DNA of 39,048 nucleotides from an uncultured Candidatus Saccharibacteria bacterium (GCA_964366055.1 CAYISE010000004.1:1-39048); one strand, 5' to 3'; shown: positions 27,337-36,241, counted from the stretch's first letter. Notes: generated by a model not told the origin, from the letters alone. Translations and numbers: made by a program.

Positions 27337-27912
27337 TCAATTCTTCCCCACTCGTTCAATATACTCGCCGCTCTGGGTATTTACCCGCACCACGTCGCCT
27401 TCATTAATAAATAGAGGAACGTTCAGCTTCGCGCCGGTTTCAAGCATTACGCTTTTCGTGCCGCCCTGGGCCGTATTGCCTTTTAGAGCTGGCGGGGCCT
27501 CCGTTACTTTCAAATCAATTTTAATCGGCAATTCCACGTTGATGATTTTTTCTTTGAATTTGTAAGCCGTAACTTCCAGATTGGTTTTTAAGAATTGAGC
27601 CGCTTCGCCGATAATCGCCATTTTGAGAGGGAAGCGATTTTTTGGATTGCCCTTTTCGTTGAACCAATATTCGCCGCGGCTCTCATAAATGAAAGTCACC
27701 GGCAAATTTTCAATTTTCGCTTCTTCAAATTCCTCATTCTGGTGAGCGGAATAATCCACCACCTTGCCGCTCAAGAGATTTTCAATTTTAAGTTGGGCGA
27801 CCGGTTTCCGCTGCTGCATGCGGATAAAGGCGTAATCCAGCACCTTGAAAGGGTCGCCGTCTTTAACGAAAATCGTGCCGACCTTAAGTTCGTTATAGGA
27901 TAATCTGGACAT
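27337..27912 (-). CDS. efp: Elongation factor P
   Basis: Three-domain EF-P pattern; KGNTAQGGTK, LETG, VPLFINEGD, GEYIER. Confidence 0.95.
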   Translation of the reverse strand: MSRLSYNELKVGTIFVKDGDPFKVLDYAFIRMQQRKPVAQLKIENLLSGKVVDYSAHQNEEFEEAKIENLPVTFIYESRGEYWFNEKGNPKNRFPLKMAIIGEAAQFLKTNLEVTAYKFKEKIINVELPIKIDLKVTEAPPALKGNTAQGGTKSVMLETGAKLNVPLFINEGDVVRVNTQSGEYIERVGKN

Positions 27913-27978
27913 AATGTAACGTTCTCCATTCTATTGAAAATTTACAAATATTTCAAGATAATTGCGGAGATGAGGAAA

Positions 27979-29184
27979 ATGAAGAACAAAGTTTTTGTGG
28001 GTTTGTCCGGTGGGGTGGACTCTTCCGTCGCGGCTTACCTTCTTCAAAAGCAGGGTTATAACGTAACCGGCGTTTTTATCCGTTCTTATAATATTGATGG
28101 ATGCGCCGAGCGGGACGCGGAAGACGCCCGGCGGGTGGCGGCGCATTTGGGCATTCCGTTTTACGTTTTTGATTTTGAAAAAGAATACAAGGAGAAGGTG
28201 GTGGAATATATGGTGGACGGATACCGCGCCGGCCTCACACCCAATCCCGATGTAATGTGCAACAGAGAGATAAAGTTCGGTTTGTTTTTGGAGAAAGCGC
28301 TGGAGATGGGGGCGGATTATATCGCCACTGGTCATTATGTTCGTTTGACAGAGAAAGAAAATGTGTTTTCCTCAACCCGCTTCGCTCGTCCAGCGACTCG
28401 CTCGCTTGTCCTCGCCGAGCAACCGTCGAATCGCGGAACGACGGACCATGCTCGCTCGGCTGCGGGGGTTTCGGAGAAACATATTTTCTCTCTCCTTGAA
28501 GCAAAAGATAAGAATAAAGACCAGTCCTATTTCCTCTGGACGCTCGCGCAGGAACAATTGAGACACTGCCTTTTTCCGATAGGCGATTATGTAAAGCCCG
28601 AGGTGCGGGAGATCGCGAGAAAAGCGGGATTGCCGACGGCGGAGAAAAAGGACTCGCAGGGGATTTGCTTTTTGGGCCGGGTCCCGCTTGGCGATTTTCT
28701 GAAGGAATATATCAAGCCGAAAAACGGTCCGATTGTGACAACGAATGGCGAGAAAGTAGGAGAGCACGAAGGAATCTTTTTTTACACCGTTGGTCAGAGA
28801 CACGGTATTGGCGTGGGTGGCGGCGAGCCGTATTACATAGCCGAAAAAAATCCAAAGACCAATACGCTCGTGGTCGCTCAAGGAAACGATAATCCGGCAT
28901 TGTTCAAAAAAGAGATTGAAATTGCGGATATTCATTTCATCAATTCGGAACATTCCGACATTCCGTGGAATGTCGGAATGTCCGCGATGGCTCGGGTGAG
29001 GTATAGACAGCCGCTTGCCCCCGCAACGCTTTGCCGACTACCAGCCGCCAATTATAAACTCGTCTTCAAAAAGCCAGTAAAATTTATCGCATCCGGCCAA
29101 TCCGCCGTCTTTTACGAAACCGGCTGGCTCGCCGGTCTCCGCGGCCGCGCCTTGCTCGGCGGTGGTATAATAGTGAAGAATTGA
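27979..29184 (+). CDS. mnmA: tRNA-specific 2-thiouridylase MnmA with in-frame repeat insertions
   Basis: SGGVDS, TPNPDVMCN, ATGHY, KDQSYFL, DSQGICF, YTVGQR, RYRQ, GQSAVFY. Confidence 0.96.
   Translation: MKNKVFVGLSGGVDSSVAAYLLQKQGYNVTGVFIRSYNIDGCAERDAEDARRVAAHLGIPFYVFDFEKEYKEKVVEYMVDGYRAGLTPNPDVMCNREIKFGLFLEKALEMGADYIATGHYVRLTEKENVFSSTRFARPATRSLVLAEQPSNRGTTDHARSAAGVSEKHIFSLLEAKDKNKDQSYFLWTLAQEQLRHCLFPIGDYVKPEVREIARKAGLPTAEKKDSQGICFLGRVPLGDFLKEYIKPKNGPIVTTNGEKVGEHEGIFFYTVGQRHGIGVGGGEPYYIAEKNPKTNTLVVAQGNDNPALFKKEIEIADIHFINSEHSDIPWNVGMSAMARVRYRQPLAPATLCRLPAANYKLVFKKPVKFIASGQSAVFYETGWLAGLRGRALLGGGIIVKN
28351..28494. repeat. 144-bp structured element inserted in frame in mnmA
   Basis: ~26-bp closing stem with TC/TC loop; TCCAGCG and ACCATGC motifs; exactly 48 codons. 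Confidence 0.8.
28946..28984. repeat. Palindrome inside the mnmA coding sequence
   Basis: ACATTCCGACATTCC-GT-GGAATGTCGGAATGT, perfect 15-bp arms. Confidence 0.8.
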
Positions 29185-29193
29185 TATCGCTCC

Positions 29194-30642
29194 ATGGCTT
29201 CTTACGATGTTTTCTTTTTTAGTTCCTTGTTTTTTCTCGCCGGAGTGGGGCTTCAGAGTTTGAGGATTAATTTTTGGATATTGGCGATAACTGTTGTTTT
29301 AACAACCGTTTTTATTTTCTTTTGGTTTTTGAAAAAGAACCGCCGTTTTCTCTGGCTCGCCGCGCTTTTGCTTTTTATTCTCATCGGTTCGTTGTATTCT
29401 TCGGTTTTCAGCGAAAGTTTTGCTAATAAATATGTCCCCAGCGGAGAGAAATTAAATTTCCAGGGTTTGGTTGTAAATAATCCCGTCCCGAAGGGAAATT
29501 TCCAAAACCTGAAAGTGGAAACGAAATTTTCCGGAAATAAGGTTTATATTCTCGCGAAGGGGCCGCGCTACCCGGAATACCGCTATGGCGATTTACTGGT
29601 TTTAAACGGCGCGGTCAAGAAACCGGCGCCGGAGAATTACGCCCAGTATCTGGCGAAAGAAGGGATAAGCGGCGTGATGTCGTACCCGAAAATAAGTTTA
29701 ACCGCGAGAGACCAAGGTTCACCTCTTAAGTCATTACTTTTCAATCTGAAGGACTCGGTGGTTGAGGCCTTCGGAAGAACGCTTCCCTCCCAAGAGTCGG
29801 CTTTTCTTTCCGGTTTGGTTTTGGGCGAACGGAGCGATTTTTCCCAGGAATTCAAAACGGCGATGCAGGTAAGCGGCACGACTCACTTGGTCGCGCTTTC
29901 CGGTTACAATGTGACGATTATTGTCTTGGCCACGATGAGCGTTTTCGTTTTATTTTTAAGAAGAAAAGTCGCTTTCATTTTTACTTTTCTTTTTCTTTTC
30001 GCTTTCGTGCTGATGACGGGGGCGGAGGCGTCGGTGGTGCGCGCGGCGATTATGGGCGTGCTCGTGGTGCTTGCGAAAGAGAGCGGGCGCGTTTTCAACA
30101 TCCGGAACGCCGTCGTTTTAACCGGTCTCGCGATGGTATTATTGAATCCGAAGATTCTGGTTTTTGACGCGGGGTTTGAACTTTCGTTTCTGGCGCTTCT
30201 GGGAATCATCTATTTAAAACCGGCGCTCGCAAATATATTTCACATGAAAGAAGAACCGGGTATTTTATCTTGGCGGGAAAATCTGCTGATGACGGGCGCA
30301 GCCCAGCTGATGGTTGCCCCGATTTTAATCCAGAGTTTCGGGAACTTCTCGCCCGTTTCGCTTTTGTCCAACGTTTTAATTTTGGAATTGATTCCTTTTA
30401 CGATGGCGCTGGGCTTCGGCGTGGCTCTCGTTTCAGGCATTTCTTATTATCTGACTTTGATTGCCAGTTGGTTCGTTTGGCCGCTTTTGAAAATTGAAAC
30501 CGGCATCATAAAATTCTTCGGCGGCTTCAATCTTTCCTTGAACGCATCCCTAAGCTGGGTTTTGATAGCGATGTATTATGCCGTTATCATTTTTTTCATC
30601 ATCCATGTTAACAGAAGGGAAAGGAAAGTTTATATTGAATGA
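29194..30642 (+). CDS. comEC: ComEC/Rec2 competence protein, membrane and OB domains
   Basis: GTTHLVALSGYN, SVVRAAIMG, GFELSFLA. Confidence 0.93.
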   Translation: MASYDVFFFSSLFFLAGVGLQSLRINFWILAITVVLTTVFIFFWFLKKNRRFLWLAALLLFILIGSLYSSVFSESFANKYVPSGEKLNFQGLVVNNPVPKGNFQNLKVETKFSGNKVYILAKGPRYPEYRYGDLLVLNGAVKKPAPENYAQYLAKEGISGVMSYPKISLTARDQGSPLKSLLFNLKDSVVEAFGRTLPSQESAFLSGLVLGERSDFSQEFKTAMQVSGTTHLVALSGYNVTIIVLATMSVFVLFLRRKVAFIFTFLFLFAFVLMTGAEASVVRAAIMGVLVVLAKESGRVFNIRNAVVLTGLAMVLLNPKILVFDAGFELSFLALLGIIYLKPALANIFHMKEEPGILSWRENLLMTGAAQLMVAPILIQSFGNFSPVSLLSNVLILELIPFTMALGFGVALVSGISYYLTLIASWFVWPLLKIETGIIKFFGGFNLSLNASLSWVLIAMYYAVIIFFIIHVNRRERKVYIE

Positions 30643-30648
30643 CCCCCA

Positions 30649-30672
30649 GGTGCTACAGTTAACTGTAGCACC
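30649..30672. repeat. 24-bp perfect palindrome
   Basis: GGTGCTACAGTTAACTGTAGCACC. Confidence 0.85.
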
Positions 30673-30678
30673 ATAAAT

Positions 30679-31566
30679 ATGATTGATTTTGCATATAAAT
30701 TAATCAAGGGGAATTTTAAGAAAGCCGTTTTTTATCTGGCGTTATTTTTTATTCTGGATGTTCTGGTTTTCTGGCAGATCGCGGACGGCGCTTCGGAAAA
30801 CAGGAAACTCTCCGTGTATTTTCTACCGGTCGGCCAGGGGGATAGCGAGCTGGTCATTTTGCCGGGCGGAGTGAAAATTTTGATTGACGGCGGTCCGCCG
30901 AACGCGTTCGTCCTGAAAAATCTGGACCGGATTCTTTCTTCCCGCGACCGCTATCTGGATATCGTGGCTTTGAGTCACGCCCAATTGGACCATTTCGGCG
31001 GTTTGATTGAGGTGCTAAAACGCTATGACATCGGTGTTTTCGTTTGGAACGGGGTGCCGGGAGAAACAACCGCCGCTGGTTATTTGATGGAGGTTATAAA
31101 AGAAAGAAATGTTCCGCTCGTTTCGCTCGCGGCGGGGGATATGATTCGGCACGGCGGGAGCGATGTGAAAGTGCTTTGGCCTTTGGCTGGCGAATTGATG
31201 AAGAAACAGGATTTAAACGAAACCGCGCTGGTCTTGGAATTTGAAAGCAACGGTAAGCGCGCGCTTTTTACTGGGGATATCGGCTCAAAGACGGAGAGTA
31301 AAATTGCGGGCGAGTATTTAGACCGCGTTGATATTTTAAAGGTTGGCCACCACGGTTCAAAATTTTCCTCTTCGGCGAATTTCCTGAATGCGATACAGCC
31401 CGCAGTAGCGATAATTGAAGTAGGGAAAAACAGTTACGGCCATCCGACCGCGGAGGCGTTAAAAAGATTATTGGATGTCGGCGCGAGAATTTTCCGCACC
31501 GACCGGGACGGCTTGCTAAAATTTGAAACCGACGGCGGCGCGCTCAAAATTTTCAAAATCCAGTGA
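30679..31566 (+). CDS. ComEC-type metallo-beta-lactamase-fold nuclease (stand-alone)
   Basis: VGQGD, IDGG, SHAQLDHFGG, FTGD, KVGHHGS, NSYGHP. Confidence 0.92.
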   Translation: MIDFAYKLIKGNFKKAVFYLALFFILDVLVFWQIADGASENRKLSVYFLPVGQGDSELVILPGGVKILIDGGPPNAFVLKNLDRILSSRDRYLDIVALSHAQLDHFGGLIEVLKRYDIGVFVWNGVPGETTAAGYLMEVIKERNVPLVSLAAGDMIRHGGSDVKVLWPLAGELMKKQDLNETALVLEFESNGKRALFTGDIGSKTESKIAGEYLDRVDILKVGHHGSKFSSSANFLNAIQPAVAIIEVGKNSYGHPTAEALKRLLDVGARIFRTDRDGLLKFETDGGALKIFKIQ

Positions 31567-31575
31567 GCGAAAATT

Positions 31576-31601
31576 GGGTGGTATAATCAATTATACCACC
31601 C
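31576..31601. repeat. GGTG...CACC palindrome
   Basis: 24-bp core GGTGGTATAATCAATTATACCACC identical to 14809-14832. Confidence 0.85.
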
Positions 31602-31656
31602 GCTATTGATTTTATTTGTCTCATCCATATTTTTTTGGTAGGATAATAACATTCTT

Positions 31657-33060
31657 ATGCGAACATTAGCGGCGGAGATCGCCGGAAAAGAAGGGAAGAA
31701 GGTGGAACTCATCGGCTGGGTGGATGTCCGGCGCGACCACGGCAAACTTATTTTTATTGATTTGCGGGACCGGAGCGGCGTGACCCAGGTGGTTTTTAAT
31801 CCTAAAGATGAAGAACTGCGCGTGCGGGCGGAGAAATTGCGCTCTGAGTGGGTAGTCAGAATAAAAGGAATGGTGAACAAACGGCCGGCGGGGATGGAAA
31901 ATCCGAAAATTCCGAGCGGATATTATGAAGTGTCCGCCGCGAACTTGGAAATTCTGGCCGAGGCGAAAACCCCGCCCTTTGACCTAAACGGGGATGGCCG
32001 CGAGATTAATGAAGAAATCCGGATGAAGTACCGCTACCTAGATTTGCGCCGGCCCCGGATGAAACAAAATCTCCGCAGGCGCGCCGAAATAAATAATTTT
32101 ATCCGCGAGTTTCTCTCGGAGCGCGAATTTGTGGAAGTGGAAACGCCTTATATCAGTAAATCCACGCCTGAGGGAGCGCGGGATTATTTGGTGCCCTCGC
32201 GCGTCTATCCCGGGAAATTTTACGCCTTGCCCCAATCGCCCCAACAGTATAAGCAGCTCTTGATGGTGGCCGGGCTTGAGCGATATTTCCAAATCGCGCG
32301 CTGTTTTAGGGATGAGGACACCCGCGGCGACCGCCAGCCCGAGTTCACCCAGCTGGATATTGAAAAAAGTTTCACCGAGCAGGAGGAGATTTTGAATTTA
32401 GTTGAGGAACTCTTTGTTTCGCTCGTGAAAAAACTCTATCCCGAGAAAAAAATCCGGCAAACACCCTTCCCGCGGATGTCTTACAAAGGAGTAATAGAAA
32501 AATATGGGTCGGATAAGCCCGACTTGAGAAAAGATAAAAATGACCCGAATGAATTGGCCTTCTTGTTCGTGGCGGATTTTCCGGCTTTTGAGTGGCGAGA
32601 AACCGAAAAACGATGGGACGCGGTACATCATCCTTTCACCCAGCCGAGAGTGAAAGATGTGGAGGACTTCAAAAATAAATTCAAGGAGAACCCGGCGGAG
32701 ATTCTCGCCGACCAATATGATCTGGTCTTGAACGGCTATGAAATCGCCGGCGGTTCAATCCGGATTCACGATTCGGCGCTCTTACAGGCGGTGTTTGAAG
32801 CAATGGGCAACAAGCGCGAAGAAGTGCTCGCGAAATTCGGACATATGCTGGAGGCGTTTTCTTACGGCGTGCCGCCGCACGGCGGAATCGCGGCGGGATT
32901 GGACAGATTTGTCGCCATTCTCCAAAATGAACCGAACATCCGCGAGGTCATCGCGTTTCCGAAAACCGGCGACGGAAAGGATCTAATGATGGATAGTCCG
33001 TCGGAGGTCTCCAAAGAGCAATTGAAAGAACTGCATTTAAAGATAGAGAAAGAAAAATGA
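31657..33060 (+). CDS. aspS: Aspartate--tRNA ligase, short GAD-less form, probably non-discriminating
   Basis: RRDHG, RYLDLRR, STPEGARDY, LPQSPQ, FRDED, HHPFT, PPHGG, GLDR. Confidence 0.96.
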   Translation: MRTLAAEIAGKEGKKVELIGWVDVRRDHGKLIFIDLRDRSGVTQVVFNPKDEELRVRAEKLRSEWVVRIKGMVNKRPAGMENPKIPSGYYEVSAANLEILAEAKTPPFDLNGDGREINEEIRMKYRYLDLRRPRMKQNLRRRAEINNFIREFLSEREFVEVETPYISKSTPEGARDYLVPSRVYPGKFYALPQSPQQYKQLLMVAGLERYFQIARCFRDEDTRGDRQPEFTQLDIEKSFTEQEEILNLVEELFVSLVKKLYPEKKIRQTPFPRMSYKGVIEKYGSDKPDLRKDKNDPNELAFLFVADFPAFEWRETEKRWDAVHHPFTQPRVKDVEDFKNKFKENPAEILADQYDLVLNGYEIAGGSIRIHDSALLQAVFEAMGNKREEVLAKFGHMLEAFSYGVPPHGGIAAGLDRFVAILQNEPNIREVIAFPKTGDGKDLMMDSPSEVSKEQLKELHLKIEKEK

Positions 33061-33653
33061 AAAAAGAAAGAACCTTAGTGCTCATTAAGCCCGACGGAGT
33101 GCAAAGAGGCCTGATCGGAGAGATTGTGAAACGTTATGAACGGAGCGGCTTGAAATTAGTCGGTTTGAAAGTATCGGTGCCGGCGGCCGATTTCATTCGC
33201 AGACATTACACGGTGGACCCGGAATGGTTCGTAAAAACGGGGATGAAGACCATTGAGTCGTATCGGAAGAAAGGGAAAACCCCGCCCTCGGAGGACCCGA
33301 AGAAGATTGCGGAAATTATTTTGAATAATTTGATTAAATTCATGACCTCAGGGCCGGTCGTCGCGATGGTCTGGCAGGGAGCGCATGCCGCGGGAATCGT
33401 GAAAAAAATTACCGGCGGCACAGAGCCACTCACATCCGAATTGGGAACGATTCGCGGCGATTTCACCATTGACTCGTACGAACTTGCCGATTTTGACGGC
33501 CGCGCGGTGCGAAATCTGGTTCATTGTTCCAGCGCTAAAGAGGAGGCGGAGAAGGAAATCGCGCTCTGGTTCAAGCCGGAAGAGGTCTTGAATTACCGTC
33601 TTATAAATGAAGCCATTCTCTACGACGTGAATCTTGACGGAATTCTGGAATAA
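33057..33653 (+). CDS. ndk: Nucleoside-diphosphate kinase
   Basis: ERTLVLIKPDGVQR, GTIRGDF, NLVHCS. Confidence 0.95.
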   Translation: MKKERTLVLIKPDGVQRGLIGEIVKRYERSGLKLVGLKVSVPAADFIRRHYTVDPEWFVKTGMKTIESYRKKGKTPPSEDPKKIAEIILNNLIKFMTSGPVVAMVWQGAHAAGIVKKITGGTEPLTSELGTIRGDFTIDSYELADFDGRAVRNLVHCSSAKEEAEKEIALWFKPEEVLNYRLINEAILYDVNLDGILE

Positions 33654-33734
33654 GAGTGAGATTTCGCATTCCTGTCAATTTTTTATGCACATGTCGCTAC
33701 TTGAAGCGGCGCGGGCGGGGGTATAATTAGTAGT

Positions 33735-33880
33735 GATCCTGCTCGTTAGATTCCGGATCAAATAATCCTTATTAGGGATACCCGATTGTTCAATGCGACG
33801 GAGAATTTATTTTTTCTTAAGCATTGAATCTAGGTAATACCCACTTTGGCACAGGCCGGGATTAATCTAGGAGCGGGATT
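33735..33880 (+). ncRNA. ssrS: 6S RNA-like rod-shaped ncRNA
   Basis: TATAAT at 33722-33727; closing stem ATCCTGCTC..TAGATT/AATCTAG-GAGCGGGAT; central bubble; GGGATACC/GGTAATACCCAC; apical TTCAATGC/GCATTGAA; T-rich tail. Confidence 0.6.
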
Positions 33881-33914
33881 TGTTTTTTTCTGCGGATTTG
33901 ATATTATAAATTCA

Positions 33915-34334
33915 ATGAGGTTTTTGTTGACCGGCGCCATTTTAATGAGTTTGATTGCGGTAAGCGTTTTCGGATTTATCGGTTTGAATCAATCGCATCA
34001 ACATCAAGAGAGTGAGAACTGTCTCGCCAATGTCGCGCAGGGCGTGACCTGTCCGGTGAAGGATGGAATTTTCGCTTTCGCGGTATTTCACATTAAAGCG
34101 CTCAAAGGTTTGAGCCAAGCGGTTTTCTTCAGCGTTTCGCCGATATTTTTAATCGCGCTTCTATTGTTCGTTATTAGTTTATCGGTAGCCGTTTTTTGGA
34201 ATGCTCCGAAATTTGTCTTAAGTAAAAGTTATTTTAAGAAAAATTACGGATATAAAATTCGCGATGTCGGCCCGGGAATAATCTCTTGGCTGGCTTATCA
34301 TGAACATTCCCCGTCTTTTTCCGCGGGCGCGTAA
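33915..34334 (+). CDS. Two-TM His/Cys-containing protein; candidate regulatory leader
   Basis: TM1, HQHQ..C-x9-C, TM2, C-terminal WLAYHEHSPS; TGATATTAT 7 nt before the ATG. Confidence 0.7.
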   Translation: MRFLLTGAILMSLIAVSVFGFIGLNQSHQHQESENCLANVAQGVTCPVKDGIFAFAVFHIKALKGLSQAVFFSVSPIFLIALLLFVISLSVAVFWNAPKFVLSKSYFKKNYGYKIRDVGPGIISWLAYHEHSPSFSAGA

Positions 34335-34394
34335 TCCCAAATTACTGTCGGGTAATTTTGGGTTTGCGCCCTAATCCCTTGCAAGGGATTTTTT
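34325..34394 (+). promoter_or_regulatory. Tandem hairpins overlapping the leader stop codon, second one terminator-like
   Basis: GGGCGCG..CCCAAATTAC/GTAATTTTGGG..TGCGCCC then AATCCCTTGCAAGGGATT plus T tract. Confidence 0.55.
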
Positions 34395-34417
34395 GTCGCG
34401 CGAATAAATAAAAATAA

Positions 34418-34927
34418 ATGATTAAAAATAAAAAATTATACATTGGGTTGGCCGTAGGGATTCTGGCGGCCATAGCGCTTGTCGCCGTTTCCTATCCGGA
34501 CTCCCAAAAAGGAAAAACATCGGACAAAGCGGCGGCGCTGGGTCTGATTTCTTCTCTCGCCGCGCCGGAAATAAATTACGATTTCGGCACCGTTTCCATG
34601 GCGGCCGGCAAAGTGGCGCACGAATTTGAAATTCAAAACAATTCCTCTTCCACGCTTTCTCTGGACAAACTTTACACCTCCTGCATGTGCACGGGCGCTT
34701 ATTTCGTGAGCGCGGGCGATAGAATCGGGCCCTTCGGGATGCCCGGCCACGGGTTCGTGCCCGGCCTTGGTCAGAGAATGGAAGCCGGTGAAAAGGCGAA
34801 AATAGAGGTGGTCTTTGACCCGGCGGCGCACGGTCCGGCGGGAGTCGGCCCGATTGTCCGGGGGATTTATTTGGAATCAGCCGGCAGTGTAAAAGAATTC
34901 GGCATTAAAGCGGTCGTGATACCATGA
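34418..34927 (+). CDS. DUF1573-like Ig-fold protein, Cys/Met/His-rich
   Basis: YDFGTV, TSCMCT, GMPGHG, FDPAAHGPAG. Confidence 0.8.
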   Translation: MIKNKKLYIGLAVGILAAIALVAVSYPDSQKGKTSDKAAALGLISSLAAPEINYDFGTVSMAAGKVAHEFEIQNNSSSTLSLDKLYTSCMCTGAYFVSAGDRIGPFGMPGHGFVPGLGQRMEAGEKAKIEVVFDPAAHGPAGVGPIVRGIYLESAGSVKEFGIKAVVIP

Positions 34928-35706
34928 ATAAAAAATTTCTGGGAATTATTATAGGCATCGCGGTTTTCGCGGGGTTGGTGGCGGCATTGAGATTCTCCTC
35001 GGGGAGCGCCTCGCTTTTGTGGCAGTGGAGCGGCGGCGGAAAATTCTTAATGCCTCTCGTTCTGGTCTCGGCGGCGATTGACAGCATTAATCCCTGCGCC
35101 TTTTCGGTTTTGCTCCTGACTATCGCTTTTCTCTTCGGTCTGGGAAAAATCCGTTCCGGGGTCTTGAAAATCGGCGGCTTCTACATTTTCGGGGTCTTCA
35201 CGGCTTATCTTTTAATCGGATTGGGTATTCTCCAAGCGCTGCACATCTTTAACGTTCCGCATTTTATGGCCAAGGTCGGCGCGCTGCTTCTCGTGGCGCT
35301 GGGGCTTATCGGCATTATTAATGAATTTTTCCCGTCTTTCCCGATTAAGTTGAAAATTCCGAAGGCCAGTCACGCGACGATGGCAAAATTAATGGAAAAG
35401 GCCTCGGTGCCCACCGCCTTCATTTTGGGAATGTTGGTGGGGCTTTGCGAATTTCCCTGCACCGGCGGGCCGTACATAATGATTCTGGGATTGCTCCACG
35501 ATAATGGCACCTATTTCAGCGGTCTGGGATATCTTTTAATTTATAACCTCGTCTTCATTTTGCCGCTCGTCCTGATACTGCTTGCGGCGGGTGACCGGGC
35601 GGTCTTGGACAAAATTCAGGAGTGGCGTAAGAATAATATGAAAAGGTTCCATTTATGGGGCGGCGTGATAGTCATTCTTTTAGGCATATTTATTTTTCTA
35701 GTTTAA
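34924..35706 (+). CDS. CcdA/DsbD-family transmembrane thiol-redox protein
   Basis: DSINPCAF and CEFPCTGGPY; multi-TM. Confidence 0.88.
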   Translation: MNKKFLGIIIGIAVFAGLVAALRFSSGSASLLWQWSGGGKFLMPLVLVSAAIDSINPCAFSVLLLTIAFLFGLGKIRSGVLKIGGFYIFGVFTAYLLIGLGILQALHIFNVPHFMAKVGALLLVALGLIGIINEFFPSFPIKLKIPKASHATMAKLMEKASVPTAFILGMLVGLCEFPCTGGPYIMILGLLHDNGTYFSGLGYLLIYNLVFILPLVLILLAAGDRAVLDKIQEWRKNNMKRFHLWGGVIVILLGIFIFLV

Positions 35707-35710
35707 ATCT

Positions 35711-36235
35711 ATGGATAAAAATCTGGATAAGTTAATGGAAAAAATCTCCGAGTTAAGATTGAAAACCGGAGTGGATTTATCGCTGGACGAGGACCTGAGC
35801 ATCGCCGTGATGAACTTAATGAGTTTGGAAGAACATTTTTTCTTCACGGCGGAGAAGACCAAAAAGGACGAGTATTTTGATTTTCTTCGCGAAACGCGGG
35901 AGATGAGAAAAGAGTTGCTCGCGCGGCTGATTGATAAGCACGAAGGAGAGACGTGGTGCGTCTCCAAACATCTGCTCGCGGCGACTATGCGGTTGATGGA
36001 AGTGGGGACGAAATTGGAGGGAGCGGGGAAGCGCGAGGAAGCGAAGGAGATGTTTGATAAGGCCTACCGTTTGTACGCCTTATTTTGGGGATTACGGCTA
36101 AAATTAATTAAGACGGAGGGATTGAGAAAAATATCGGATGATAAATTGAACATTCACGATGAAAAAGGAAACGGCGGCCGACCGTGGAGTTACGAAGAAA
36201 TCGTCAGCAAGTTAGTTGATTGTTGCGGCGAATAA
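35711..36235 (+). CDS. Conserved hypothetical helical protein
   Basis: EDLSIAVMNLMSLEEH, WCVSKHLL, terminal DCCGE; operon context. Confidence 0.8.
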   Translation: MDKNLDKLMEKISELRLKTGVDLSLDEDLSIAVMNLMSLEEHFFFTAEKTKKDEYFDFLRETREMRKELLARLIDKHEGETWCVSKHLLAATMRLMEVGTKLEGAGKREEAKEMFDKAYRLYALFWGLRLKLIKTEGLRKISDDKLNIHDEKGNGGRPWSYEEIVSKLVDCCGE

Positions 36236-36241
36236 AAATAT

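Noticed and set aside
33846-33914. N-terminal extension of the 162-aa ORF
   Set aside because: Overlaps the 6S-like RNA; ATG 33915 has its own extended -10 box
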